Notes under the pieces: model-generated
The model's input: the letters and a program-made list of their open reading frames with translations, nothing else
What the model was told of the DNA's origin: nothing
Database searches by the model: none
Position numbers and translations under genes: made by a program
Shown: piece after piece, positions 28,585 through 38,153 of the stretch
How positions within the stretch are numbered: position 1 is the stretch's first letter
Layout of the letters: each line of letters begins with the position of its first letter
Source: Candidatus Dormiibacterota bacterium
Lineage (GTDB): Bacteria > Chloroflexota > Dormibacteria > Aeolococcales > Aeolococcaceae
DNA length: 64,000 nt
NCBI GenBank assembly: GCA_963718525.1
Contig: OY970355.1
Location: 2,848,001-2,912,000 of the forward strand
Direction of reading: 5' to 3'

Positions 28585-29594
28585 GCCGCGCCGGTGTCGA
28601 GCGATGGTCCCGTGATGGCGGTCTCGACGGCGACGGCCGCCCCCCCTTTCCCGGCGGCATCCTTGTCGCGCATGCGTCGTTCGGGAAGCAGGCCCTGGGG
28701 CCGGAACCTGATGAACAGCACCAGCACGATGCCGGTGAGGATCAACCGAAACGCCGGAGCGTAGCTTGGTTGGCTCGAGATCTCCGGCAGGTATCGCGTC
28801 GCCTCCTGCAGGCCCATAACCATGACGGCGACGCCGAGGATGACGCCGCGGTTGCTGCCGCGACCGCCAACGAGAATCGCGGCATACAGGACGATCGTTT
28901 CCACCGGCGACCATGCCGACGGATTGAACGCGCTGAGGTAGCCCGCGAAGAGCGCCCCGCCTAACCCGCCGATACCGGCGCCGATGACGTACGCCTTGAG
29001 CTTCATCGCGTAGATGTTGCGTCCGAACGCAGCCGCGGCTCGCTCATCCTCCCGCAGGCTGCGCAGCGCAAGGCCGAACCGGCTGCTGCTCAGCCGCGTG
29101 ACCATGACGAGCACCACCACGAGCACCACGACACACAGGCCGAGGTAGAAGAACGGATACGCCGTGAAATCGAGGCCGAGGACATCACCCATCGGGTCGA
29201 ACAGACCGGAGAGTCCGTTGTAGCCGTTGAAGAGGGGCACGAACTGCCCTGCAAAGACGTACAGCACATACACGGCGCCGAGCGTGACGATCGAAAAGTA
29301 GATGCCACGCAGATGGCGCAGCGCGATCGCCCCGACGACGAGCGCGAGCAGCATTGCGCTGACGACAGCGATGGCAACGGCAATTGGAAACGGGAGTGTG
29401 AGACCGAGGATGTACTGCGTCGGAGAGCTCGCGGGTCCGATCGTCAGCACCAGGGTCATGTAGGCGCCGAGCGCGACATAGCCGTAAAACGCCAAGTCGA
29501 AATCGCCCGACCACCCCCAGATGATGTTGAGCCCCAGCGCCATGATCGCGAAGATCGTGCCCTCGGTGAGGACTGAGACCAGGTAGTCGATCAT
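28581..29594 (-). CDS. livM: HAAT ABC transporter permease
   Basis: ALGLNIIWG, LRGIYFSIVTL, LRSLREDERAA, LVGGRGS. Confidence 0.92.
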   Translation of the reverse strand: MIDYLVSVLTEGTIFAIMALGLNIIWGWSGDFDLAFYGYVALGAYMTLVLTIGPASSPTQYILGLTLPFPIAVAIAVVSAMLLALVVGAIALRHLRGIYFSIVTLGAVYVLYVFAGQFVPLFNGYNGLSGLFDPMGDVLGLDFTAYPFFYLGLCVVVLVVVLVMVTRLSSSRFGLALRSLREDERAAAAFGRNIYAMKLKAYVIGAGIGGLGGALFAGYLSAFNPSAWSPVETIVLYAAILVGGRGSNRGVILGVAVMVMGLQEATRYLPEISSQPSYAPAFRLILTGIVLVLFIRFRPQGLLPERRMRDKDAAGKGGAAVAVETAITGPSLDTGAA

Positions 29595-30472
29595 TCGAAG
29601 ACGCTCCGCCTCCCGCCGACGAAGAGGCCCCGAGGACGCACGAGTATCACGAGCGACAGAATTGCGAATGCGAATGCCAGGTTGTAGCTGGCGCTCACGT
29701 AGCCCCCGAAGAACTCGAGCGCGATGCCCACGATGATCCCACCGACCAGTGTGCCCACCGCCTTGCCGAGGCCGCCTGCCACCGCTGCCGTCAGCGTGAT
29801 CAGGAAGAAGCTGAAGCCGGAATACGGGCTGAAGGTGCCCACGCTCTCAGCGAGGATGAAGCCGGCATAGCCTCCGATCAGCCCGGCAAGCAGCCAGGTG
29901 AGTGCGGCGACCCGGTTGGCATTGATCCCGGAAACCCGCGCCAGTGAGCGGTTCTGCGACACCGCGCGCAACGACTTGCCGAAGCGCGTGTGCTGGATGA
30001 TCACGTAGAGGAGCGCGGTGATCACCACCGTCGAGACCATGATCTGGATCTCGGTGTCGGTCCACAGGAAGGGGCCGACTGTCCGGGGCGCTCCCTGCGG
30101 CACCGAGTAACCGAGGTTGGACGCGCCGAAGATGATGACCAGCACGTTCTGAATCACCAGCGAGACTCCGAGCGTGGCGATGAAGGTCGGCAGCCCGCCG
30201 ATGCCCTTGCGCACGAACCTGTCGACGACGCCGTTGTGAACCGCGAGCGCGAGTGCCCCGCCGCCCGCCGCCGCGGCGAGTCCCGAAAGGATCACGCCGC
30301 CGCCGTGCTGCTGGACCAGGTACGCGCAGTAGGCCCCGACGGTGAGGATCTCACCGTGGGAGAGGTTGGCGACATTCGTCACTGAGTACTCGAGCGTGAA
30401 GGCCAGTGCCGACAGCGAGAGAATCGCCGCGGCGACCAGCCCAAAGCCGAGCGTGAGCAGAGCCTCGTGCAC
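29591..30472 (-). CDS. livH: HAAT ABC transporter permease
   Basis: ANLSHGE, TRFGKSLRAVSQN, GGLG, RPRGL. Confidence 0.92.
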   Translation of the reverse strand: MHEALLTLGFGLVAAAILSLSALAFTLEYSVTNVANLSHGEILTVGAYCAYLVQQHGGGVILSGLAAAAGGGALALAVHNGVVDRFVRKGIGGLPTFIATLGVSLVIQNVLVIIFGASNLGYSVPQGAPRTVGPFLWTDTEIQIMVSTVVITALLYVIIQHTRFGKSLRAVSQNRSLARVSGINANRVAALTWLLAGLIGGYAGFILAESVGTFSPYSGFSFFLITLTAAVAGGLGKAVGTLVGGIIVGIALEFFGGYVSASYNLAFAFAILSLVILVRPRGLFVGGRRSVFE

Positions 30473-30568
30473 TAGAGCGATTCTCCAACGATTTGACGGC
30501 GCGGCGCGAGACGGTCGGGGACGGGACGGGGGCAGCGCACAGCGGGTGGGCGCGCCGCCCCCGAAGCG

Positions 30569-31876
30569 TCAGGGAGTCGCTGCGGCAAGGGCCGTCGCTG
30601 TCAGGAGAGCGATCTGCACCTCAGCCCCGGTGCTGGCATCGGCCTGGAATGCCCCGTACGGGCCGAAGACGTTGTTGAAGGCGTTGTAGATGAGGTCGCC
30701 GCTGGCCCCGTCCATCTTGATCTTGGTTCCGGCCTTGATGCCCGCGAGACACGCCTGGTATGTGTCGCACGGGGTGCCGGGCGGATTCGTCACCGCCTTC
30801 ATGTCGGCGATGACGGCCGGGCCGTCGGTGGTACCCGCCTTGTCCATGGCCAGCGCGAGGCTCAGGACGGCGTCGTATGCGTAGTTCGCGCCGGCGATCG
30901 GCTGGGCATTGGCACCGTTCTGGGCGGCGAAGGCTGCGGCGAAGTTGTCCGCCGCGGCGCCGGTTGCGTTGGTCCCGTAGATCGACACGAGGTGGGAATG
31001 TGCGACGGGGTACGTGATCGCCTTGAGGTAGTCATTGCCGCTCGTCACGTCGGTCCCAACGATCGGAATCGCGAGGTTGTCCAGCTCCTTGAAGTTCTGG
31101 AACATGACCGCTGCGGTCTGCGGATCGAGCTGGGTGAAGATCACGTCGGGATGCGCGGCGATGATCTGCTGCACCTGCGTGAGATAGGAGGTCTGGCCGG
31201 GCGCGACCGTGATGTTGGACACGATCGTGTTGCCGAACTTCTGCCATGTCGCCGTGATCGGCTTGGGGATGGTCTGCTGCGCGATGTCCGACGAGAACAG
31301 CAGCGCCGCGGTCTTGTAGCCCTTCTGCTGAGCGTACAGCGCCATCGCGACACCGAGCTGCGAGTCGGACGGGCTATCCCGCCAGAGGTAGGGGTTGCTG
31401 TTCTTGTCGAAGGCCGTGCTCCCGCCCTGGAACTCCGTCGGGATCTTGGCTGCGCTCACGATCGGCGCCACCGCGGCGATCTCCTGCGTCTCCGGCCCGA
31501 TGATGCCGCTCACGCTGTCTGCCGAGAGGAGCTGTCGCACCGCCGGGACCGCATCGGCTTCATCGCACTGGGTATCGGCGTGGCTGAGGTCAAGCTGCTT
31601 CCCGAGCACGCCACCGTTGTCGTTGATGACCTTCTGCGCCACCTGTGACCCCTGCAGCATCGCCTGCCCGAGGACCGCAAGCGGACCTGTGAAGCACGAG
31701 AGAACGCCGAACGAGACATGGCCCGCGCTGTCGGTCTTGATGGTGCCGCCGCTGGAGCTTCCAGATGGGCTGGTGCTGCTGCCGCAGGCAGCGACAACGA
31801 TTGCCACCGCGATACCGGTAAGCAGGCGTTTGGGTGCACGTGTCTGTCTGACCCGAGCCAAGGCTGTCGGCGACAC
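30569..31876 (-). CDS. livK: HAAT ABC substrate-binding lipoprotein
   Basis: Lipobox VAAC, INDNGGVLGKQL..ADTQCD, AYDAV, GASG; GGAGG RBS. Confidence 0.9.
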   Translation of the reverse strand: MSPTALARVRQTRAPKRLLTGIAVAIVVAACGSSTSPSGSSSGGTIKTDSAGHVSFGVLSCFTGPLAVLGQAMLQGSQVAQKVINDNGGVLGKQLDLSHADTQCDEADAVPAVRQLLSADSVSGIIGPETQEIAAVAPIVSAAKIPTEFQGGSTAFDKNSNPYLWRDSPSDSQLGVAMALYAQQKGYKTAALLFSSDIAQQTIPKPITATWQKFGNTIVSNITVAPGQTSYLTQVQQIIAAHPDVIFTQLDPQTAAVMFQNFKELDNLAIPIVGTDVTSGNDYLKAITYPVAHSHLVSIYGTNATGAAADNFAAAFAAQNGANAQPIAGANYAYDAVLSLALAMDKAGTTDGPAVIADMKAVTNPPGTPCDTYQACLAGIKAGTKIKMDGASGDLIYNAFNNVFGPYGAFQADASTGAEVQIALLTATALAAATP

Positions 31877-31924
31877 TGTCCAACCTCCGATCAGCGGCCC
31901 AGGTAAGGGCCGTCCCCGATACTG

Positions 31925-32002
31925 GGGCGCAGTCTGCTCCGCGGTGGATAACTATGTCAATGGGTCGGTGGGTAGTCCAATTTTTGCGCGATAATCCACG
32001 CC
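31925..32002. promoter_or_regulatory. Divergent promoter region of the liv operon and gntR
   Basis: Minus TTGACA-N18-CAGACT; plus GATAAT-N7-GTG (leaderless gntR); FadR-like TGGGTCGGTGGGTAGTCCAA between them. Confidence 0.55.
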
Positions 32003-32731
32003 GTGACCCTCGATACATCGCCCCTGCGTCCACTGGGCCGGACGCGACTGTACGAGGACCTCGTCGAACAACTCGGGGAATTCGTCGTCCGAACCAACCT
32101 CCGGGTCGGGGAACGTTTCCCGCCGGAGCGCGAGCTGGCATCCCGGCTCGAGGTCAGCCGGGCGTCGTTGCGGCAGGCGCTGGCGGTGCTCGAAGCCCAG
32201 GGATTCATCGAGGTCCGGCACGGCGGGGGCGTCTTTCTCCGGCGCAGCCGTGGATTCGGCGGTGTGCTCCACAAGCTCGTGGAGCGGCGAAGCCGGTTGC
32301 CCGAGGTGCTGGAGGCGCGCGAACTCCTCGAGGTGCGACTGGCGGAGCTGGCCGCGACCAGACGTGAGGAGGTTGACCTGGTCGCGATGCGATCTGCGCT
32401 GGTTGCCATGGAGGCAGAGATCGCGTCTGCCGGCCTCGGCATCGACGGTGATGCGGCATTCCACCATGCCATCCACCGCGCCGGAAACAACAAGGTCTTG
32501 GAGCATGTCATCGACGGGCTCGCCCTCGCGATTCACGAAACTCGCGTGGAGTCGCTCGCCGAGCCGGACCGGCCGAGGAATTCGCTGCTGGCCCATCGGC
32601 GAATCCTGGAAGCGATCGAGGCCCAGGACGTGGCGCGCGCAGCGGACGCGATGCGCGCGCATCTGCGCCAGGTGGCCGACGTTGCGCTGCTTCGATGGGA
32701 GCCACCGGTCGAAGACTCTCCCCTGCCATGA
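32003..32731 (+). CDS. FadR/GntR-family regulator
   Basis: PPERELA..LEVSRASLRQAL; FCD domain D..FH..I...NN, H..I. Confidence 0.95.
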   Translation: MTLDTSPLRPLGRTRLYEDLVEQLGEFVVRTNLRVGERFPPERELASRLEVSRASLRQALAVLEAQGFIEVRHGGGVFLRRSRGFGGVLHKLVERRSRLPEVLEARELLEVRLAELAATRREEVDLVAMRSALVAMEAEIASAGLGIDGDAAFHHAIHRAGNNKVLEHVIDGLALAIHETRVESLAEPDRPRNSLLAHRRILEAIEAQDVARAADAMRAHLRQVADVALLRWEPPVEDSPLP

Positions 32732-34146
32732 CACCGCCTTCGTGGCTGGAGCACGTGACCGCGGTTGCGGAGCGTGGCCGCGCCATGCTCGGGCGTGGCG
32801 CCGGCGCGACCAACAGCACGGGCAGTCTGGCCGTACTCTGCGACCGCCTGATCGCACGGCGGGGTGAGGCCTCCGGTCTCGCGCTCGCCACCGAGCTCGT
32901 GCGTGCGCTCGAGCGCATGAGCGGGTCCGAGACCGCTGAATTCCTGGAGGTGCTCGCCGGCGAGTTCTCTCCCCCGCCCGAAGCCGTTGCCTCCGCAGTC
33001 GCCCGATGGCGGTCGGATCCCAGCGACGACGCTGTGATGGCGCTCGCGACCGCAACCGAGGCCCCTCGCCAGGAGCTGTTCCGGCGGCTCAACATGGTCG
33101 GTGGCGGCGCCGCTGCGCTGGTGAAATTGCGTGGGCAGTTGCTTACGCTCCTTCCGACGCGCCCGCACCTGCGCGCTGTCGACGCCGACCTCCGGCATCT
33201 GCTGTCGTCGTGGTTCAACGGGGGCTTCCTGCGTCTGGAACAGATCAGCTGGGGAACGCCTGCGGCAACGCTGGAACGGCTGATCGCGTACGAGGCGGTG
33301 CATGAGATCCATGGATGGGACGACCTGCGCCTGCGCCTGGCCGCTGACCGGCGGTGTTTCGCGTTCTTCCATCCGTTGCTGCCTGGAGAGCCGTTGATCT
33401 TCGTGGAGATCGCGCTCACCCGCGATCTCCCGGCGGCGATTGCTCCACTGCTCGCTGCGGAGCGACCAATCACCGAAGCGCGTTCGGCGCATACCGCCGT
33501 CTTCTACTCGATCAGCGACTGTCAGCCTGGACTGCGCGGGATATCGTTCGGCAACTTCCTCATCAAGCAGGTCGTCCGAGAGCTCTCCGTCGAATTACCG
33601 GGACTGCGAACCTTTGGGACGTTGTCGCCGGTCCCCGGCCTCGCGCGGGCGGTGACCGATCGCACCGATCGCGAGGGCTTCACCGACGAACGGCTGCTGG
33701 CGCTCACCGCGGGTCACCACGACGAATTGCGCCGGCTCGCGTCGACGGGAGACGAGCTCGAAGCGCTGTCGCAGCTGCTCGAAGCCCCCGCGCCATACCC
33801 GCCGATGGTTGCGCAACTCGCCGGGCGCCTTGCGTTCGCCTATCTCCTGCACGTCAAGGTCGGGGCCCGCATCGCCGACAGCGTTGGCCATTTCCACCTC
33901 TCCAACGGCGCCCGCCTCGAGCGCATCAACCCCGACGCCGACCTGTCACACCGCGGGCGCCAGTCGCATGCGGTGATGGTCAATTACGTCTACGAGCCGC
34001 ATCGGTTGGAGGTGAACCACGAGCGCTACGTCCGCTCCGGCCACGTCGCCACCGCGCCGTCGCTGAGTGGCGAGATCAAGTCTGTCGATGCGGCCTGGTC
34101 GAACGTACGTCGCCGCGAGCGGCGTGCAGCGCGCGCTGCACGCTGA
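32728..34146 (+). CDS. matA: Malonyl-CoA decarboxylase family protein
   Basis: RQELFRRLN, SWFN.GFL, YEAVHEI, FYSISDCQPGLRGISFGNFLIK, TLSPVPG, HFHLSNGARL; ATGA-coupled to gntR. Confidence 0.95.
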   Translation: MTPPSWLEHVTAVAERGRAMLGRGAGATNSTGSLAVLCDRLIARRGEASGLALATELVRALERMSGSETAEFLEVLAGEFSPPPEAVASAVARWRSDPSDDAVMALATATEAPRQELFRRLNMVGGGAAALVKLRGQLLTLLPTRPHLRAVDADLRHLLSSWFNGGFLRLEQISWGTPAATLERLIAYEAVHEIHGWDDLRLRLAADRRCFAFFHPLLPGEPLIFVEIALTRDLPAAIAPLLAAERPITEARSAHTAVFYSISDCQPGLRGISFGNFLIKQVVRELSVELPGLRTFGTLSPVPGLARAVTDRTDREGFTDERLLALTAGHHDELRRLASTGDELEALSQLLEAPAPYPPMVAQLAGRLAFAYLLHVKVGARIADSVGHFHLSNGARLERINPDADLSHRGRQSHAVMVNYVYEPHRLEVNHERYVRSGHVATAPSLSGEIKSVDAAWSNVRRRERRAARAAR

Positions 34147-34188
34147 CGACAATCGCCGAGCGACCGTTGATGTCGACCGCGGGCCGTC

Positions 34189-35379
34189 TCAGGCGACCGC
34201 CAGCTTACGCACGACCATGCTCTCGTAGGTGTTCATGAGACCGTCGACCGTTGTTCCGATCGAGTACAACTCGCTCACGCGCTGCCGAGCCGACGCCGCC
34301 AGCTGACGTCGCAAGCCGGCGTCGTCTCGCAACGTGTCGAGTGCGCTCCCGAGCGATGGCTCCAACGGATGCGCGGGAAGCACAATTCCGGCTCCCGACA
34401 CGAGCCGGCCATCATCGCCGACATCCGTGGCCACCACGGTACACCCGGCCGCCATGGCCTCGAGCAGAGACAATGACAAGCCTTCCGCGGTGGACGGCAG
34501 GACAAACACATCGATGCCGCGCAGGACGTCGATGCATTGCTGACGGTCGTGAATGGCACCGAGCATGACAATGCGGGGATCCTTGTACGCGAGGCGACTG
34601 ATCCGCAACTGTTGCGCGCCGCTGCCGGCGATCACCAGGCGGCTCTCGCTCGACCACTGTCGTCGCTGGAATGCATGGACGAGGTCGAGGATTCGCTTCT
34701 CTGGATCGAGGCGGCCAAGATAGCCCACCACAAACTCTGCTCCCAGGCCGGAGCGCATCTGGGACGGCCCCGGAGTGATCTCGGTCGTATCGACACCATT
34801 GGGCAGGACATCGATGCGATCGCGTGCGCAGCCCACGGAGACCAGCAGTTCCCGCTGGTCGTGGCTCAGCGCGATGCATCGGTCAGCCAGCGACAGTGTG
34901 TGCGCATGAAACCGGTACAGGGCATGGAAGATGCGTCCACGGCCATCGCGTAGCTGCGCGTACGGCAGGTGCACTGTCGCAACGGTGGGGATACCCCTTC
35001 GGCGGCAGTGAGCCAGGATCCACGTGTCGAGCAACGAGAAGCTCAGCGACACGTGAACGACGTCAGGACGGAAGGCCATGAGCTCGCGAGCGATGCGGCC
35101 TGCCGTTCCCGGCGAGGGCATGATCACGGTCTTGAAGCGGGCTGATGACAGGGACACGGACTGCGCGCCCGGCACTGCTTCACCATCGCGACGATGGAAG
35201 AAGAAGGCGACCTCGATGCCGTGTCGCCGGAGGGCACTGACCGTCGTCGAGCTATATGAGCTCAGCCCGTCCGCTCGCCGACCTCCGCCGTGGCCGAACC
35301 AGGCGACCCGAAGAGGTCCACCCGGTGACGTGCCGCCAGTCCCCGAGTGCCCGTCCCCATCCCCCGCCGACGGAAACAT
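34189..35379 (-). CDS. Glycosyltransferase family 4
   Basis: PNGVD, YLGRLDPEKR, FVLPSTAEGLSLSLLEAMAAG, ATDVG. Confidence 0.93.
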   Translation of the reverse strand: MFPSAGDGDGHSGTGGTSPGGPLRVAWFGHGGGRRADGLSSYSSTTVSALRRHGIEVAFFFHRRDGEAVPGAQSVSLSSARFKTVIMPSPGTAGRIARELMAFRPDVVHVSLSFSLLDTWILAHCRRRGIPTVATVHLPYAQLRDGRGRIFHALYRFHAHTLSLADRCIALSHDQRELLVSVGCARDRIDVLPNGVDTTEITPGPSQMRSGLGAEFVVGYLGRLDPEKRILDLVHAFQRRQWSSESRLVIAGSGAQQLRISRLAYKDPRIVMLGAIHDRQQCIDVLRGIDVFVLPSTAEGLSLSLLEAMAAGCTVVATDVGDDGRLVSGAGIVLPAHPLEPSLGSALDTLRDDAGLRRQLAASARQRVSELYSIGTTVDGLMNTYESMVVRKLAVA

Positions 35380-35380
35380 A

Positions 35381-35401
35381 CCTGTCATTTTACTTGACAG
35401 G
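35381..35401. promoter_or_regulatory. Perfect palindromic operator over the -10 of the GT4 gene
   Basis: CCTGTCA-TTTTACT-TGACAGG; minus-strand TAAAAT-N7-ATG. Confidence 0.7.
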
Positions 35402-35428
35402 CTTACTATCCGCGGATTGGAGCCGGCG

Positions 35429-36433
35429 CTAGGCGGGGTGGGTTGCCTCTCGAGATGTCGATCCGACCAAGCGCTGGCGCCACCAGCTCTGAGGATCCGT
35501 CGACACCAGCACAACGGAAAGGACGGCGGCCAGCGCCGACCCGGACTGGAGGAGGTAATAGCCGAGCTCCGGGCTGGTGGGGATCGCGTATGTCCAGCCC
35601 AGCACCCGGGTCGCTGCGTTGAGACTGTCGAAGCTCACCAGTGCAGTGGCTGCCAGCGAGAGCAACAGCGCGATGCCTGTTGCCAGCGGCTCGCGGCGCC
35701 CAGCGAGGCGTGCCACGATCGCGATTGCCGAGGCAACGAGCAGCGCGACCACGATCCATCCATCGGCACCCGCGACGATCGCGCCGGTGAATGGGCGTGT
35801 GGGCGGCGCCCCGACGGGTGGGCATCCGAAGCCGCAGTTGAGGTTGGCATAGGGGAGAAACGCTCCGACGACGGCAAGGATGAGCGCCGCAAGGCACGCC
35901 CAGCCCGCAAACGGTGCCACCCATGGGCGCGACCACGCGCCCGTTGCGCTCCGCTCAACTTCACGGCCACCCGCCATGAGCATGGCCATTGCCGCACCCA
36001 CCGCGAGAATGCTTCCGATGAGCAGTAGGTAAAACCCTGGGCCCAGGACGTATGTGACGGGCACACCTGGGACGAGTTCCGCTGCGCCGAGCACGCGAGG
36101 GAATGCCGACACACCCTCGAAGACGGCCAGCGAGAGCGCGGCAGCTGAAGCCGCACCATTCAACGTGGCAGCGAAGCGCGTCGCGACACCGGCGAGGAAC
36201 AGGGTGGCCGTCGCGAACAGGGTCGCGACGATCCACACGACCGCCCATGCGTCAGGGCTGACCCTCAGCGTGCTCGCAGGAAGACCGGCGGCGGCGAATG
36301 CGGAGCACCCCGAACACCCCTGGCTCACAAAGGTCGGGAGGAGGGCTGCCGTCATCATGACAACCGCGAGAAGACTGACCTGGCCGGCTCGCGTCGCGGC
36401 CTGTCGGTTTCGCAGCAGCGCGTCCACCCGCAT
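35429..36433 (-). CDS. Hypothetical multi-TM protein made of two homologous halves
   Basis: AGGAGG RBS; halves share LP..C-C, D(A/G)W.VV, RVLG, G(F/Y)YLL..GS.LA. Confidence 0.75.
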   Translation of the reverse strand: MRVDALLRNRQAATRAGQVSLLAVVMMTAALLPTFVSQGCSGCSAFAAAGLPASTLRVSPDAWAVVWIVATLFATATLFLAGVATRFAATLNGAASAAALSLAVFEGVSAFPRVLGAAELVPGVPVTYVLGPGFYLLLIGSILAVGAAMAMLMAGGREVERSATGAWSRPWVAPFAGWACLAALILAVVGAFLPYANLNCGFGCPPVGAPPTRPFTGAIVAGADGWIVVALLVASAIAIVARLAGRREPLATGIALLLSLAATALVSFDSLNAATRVLGWTYAIPTSPELGYYLLQSGSALAAVLSVVLVSTDPQSWWRQRLVGSTSREATHPA

Positions 36434-36544
36434 GCCTCCTGGTCTCCAACCGCGAAAGAATCGCGCCTCTTCCAGCGAGCATTGTGGACCCGATGCGGAC
36501 ATTCGGCCTGTAGCAGGCTCTGCGGGTCAGGCCGCCTCAGCGGG

Positions 36545-36769
36545 TCAGATCGGGTCGACGAGGAGCTTGCGCGTATGTCCGGTGGATGCGAGCGCACCGA
36601 TGAAGTGGCGGAGCGGGCCACCGGAGCGATGCTGGCGTGCGGTGCAATTGAGCCAGATCTGGCGATCCTCTGCGATCGCCGCGGTGGGTTCACCACAGTC
36701 GCAGAAGGGTGTTTCGCGCTCGGCGCGCTCGATGAGCGCCACAATGCGGGTGTTGTCAGTCTTGGTCAT
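36545..36769 (-). CDS. Small Cys/His putative zinc-binding protein
   Basis: 74 aa; FCDCGE...WLNC...GH; GGAG RBS; divergent from tetR. Confidence 0.65.
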   Translation of the reverse strand: MTKTDNTRIVALIERAERETPFCDCGEPTAAIAEDRQIWLNCTARQHRSGGPLRHFIGALASTGHTRKLLVDPI

Positions 36770-36786
36770 TCTTGATCTCCAACATC

Positions 36787-36806
36787 GATACGATGCGTTT
36801 CGTATC
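36787..36806. promoter_or_regulatory. TetR operator
   Basis: GATACGA-N6-TCGTATC dyad in the 47-bp divergent gap, overlapping -10 TATCAT. Confidence 0.75.
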
Positions 36807-36816
36807 ATAGCACCCC

Positions 36817-37434
36817 ATGGAAAACCAGCGCCCTGCTCACAGGCCGGATGAACCCCCTTCCCCGGGGCGCGGAGGCCGGCCAAGGAGTGACCGAGCCCAC
36901 CAGGCCATCCTCACCGCGGCGCGCGAGCTGCTCATCGAGGAGGGCTTTGCGGCGCTCCGTCTCGAGCACGTCGCCGCCCGAGCCGGGGTGGGCAAGGCCA
37001 CGATATATCGGCGGTGGCCATCGAAGGAGGCGCTGGCTCAGGACCTGCTCGCCCAACTCGCCGAGCCGCACATCGGCATCGCCGACACGGGCAACACGCG
37101 CGACGAATTGCTCGCCGCGGTGACCAACCCGATGCGCGCGGTGACCGAGACCGACTTCGGGCCTGTCATCCGGTCCCTGTTATCGGAGATCGCCAGCAAC
37201 CCCACGATCGGCGACCCGTTTCAGTCCACGGTCGTGGGGGCTCGTCGAGCGGAGATCGCTCGGGTGATCGAGCGCGGGATCGCGCGCGGCGATCTGCGCG
37301 CGGATGCGGCCGCCGAGGTCGCCACGGAGCTGCTCGTCGGACCCGTGTACTTTCGGCTCATGTTCGGGGGCATCCTTGACCTCGCGTTCGCGGAGCGCGT
37401 CGTCGACAGCGTCATGCGCGGGTTCGCGACATGA
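36817..37434 (+). CDS. TetR/AcrR-family regulator
   Basis: GRPRS..A..AIL, VAARAGVGKATIYRRWPSK, RGIARGDL. Confidence 0.95.
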   Translation: MENQRPAHRPDEPPSPGRGGRPRSDRAHQAILTAARELLIEEGFAALRLEHVAARAGVGKATIYRRWPSKEALAQDLLAQLAEPHIGIADTGNTRDELLAAVTNPMRAVTETDFGPVIRSLLSEIASNPTIGDPFQSTVVGARRAEIARVIERGIARGDLRADAAAEVATELLVGPVYFRLMFGGILDLAFAERVVDSVMRGFAT

Positions 37435-37521
37435 CGCCGCCGGCTTGCGCTCCCCGGGCCTCTCAGTTGTGGACGCTTGTGTCTCTATCGTCGGCGCGGT
37501 ATCCAGGCCCACTGGAGAGTC

Positions 37522-37995
37522 TCACCCCACCTTCATAGCACTCCAGCTGCCGTTGCCACTCCCGTCGGCCTCCGCGTACGTCCCCGACATGGTGTTGCCG
37601 GAGATCGTTCCCGTATAGGCGACCGAACCGACAGCCCCGAAGTTGATGGAGCTGCCCGTCGCGTTCCCGGTTATGTGCAGCGTCGTGTTAGGAGACGTGA
37701 GTGCGATCGTGCCGACCAGGCCGGCCCCTGACTGCACCCATGTGAGGACGAATGTGCCGCTGTACTTACCGCTGTACGTCCCATTCCACGTTCCACCAAG
37801 GGGGACGACGGTGGCCACGCTCGCTGTCGGGGTCGGGGTGGATGCGGCTATCGGCGTCGCAGTCGCCGTCGGCGTTCCTGCTGCCGTTGCCGGCGCTACC
37901 GTCGGCGTCGGCGTACCGGTTGTCGTCGATGCGCTGCAGCCGGCCAGCAGCGACACCACGGGGATTGCGGTGAGCAACACGATCGTTCGCTTCAT
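37522..37995 (-). CDS. Hypothetical lipoprotein
   Basis: Lipobox LAGC, Thr/Pro linker, beta-rich LGGTWNGTY...MSGTY...GSWSA; AGGAGG RBS. Confidence 0.85.
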   Translation of the reverse strand: MKRTIVLLTAIPVVSLLAGCSASTTTGTPTPTVAPATAAGTPTATATPIAASTPTPTASVATVVPLGGTWNGTYSGKYSGTFVLTWVQSGAGLVGTIALTSPNTTLHITGNATGSSINFGAVGSVAYTGTISGNTMSGTYAEADGSGNGSWSAMKVG

Positions 37996-38153
37996 GGAGT
38001 AGTGCTCCCTCCTGTTTCAGTTGCGATTGGCGACAAACGTTGCAGCCCGGACGCACTCCGGGGTTGTGTCCATGGCCACGAGGCTAGCCACCGCGCTTCG
38101 GGTTGCCTTAAAGCCAACTTAAGGTCGGGCGAGGTCACGGCGGACTCGTGCAC

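Noticed and set aside
31942-31950. DnaA-box-like TTATCCACC on the minus strand
   Set aside because: Single 8/9 match inside a promoter spacer; no box cluster or replication genes
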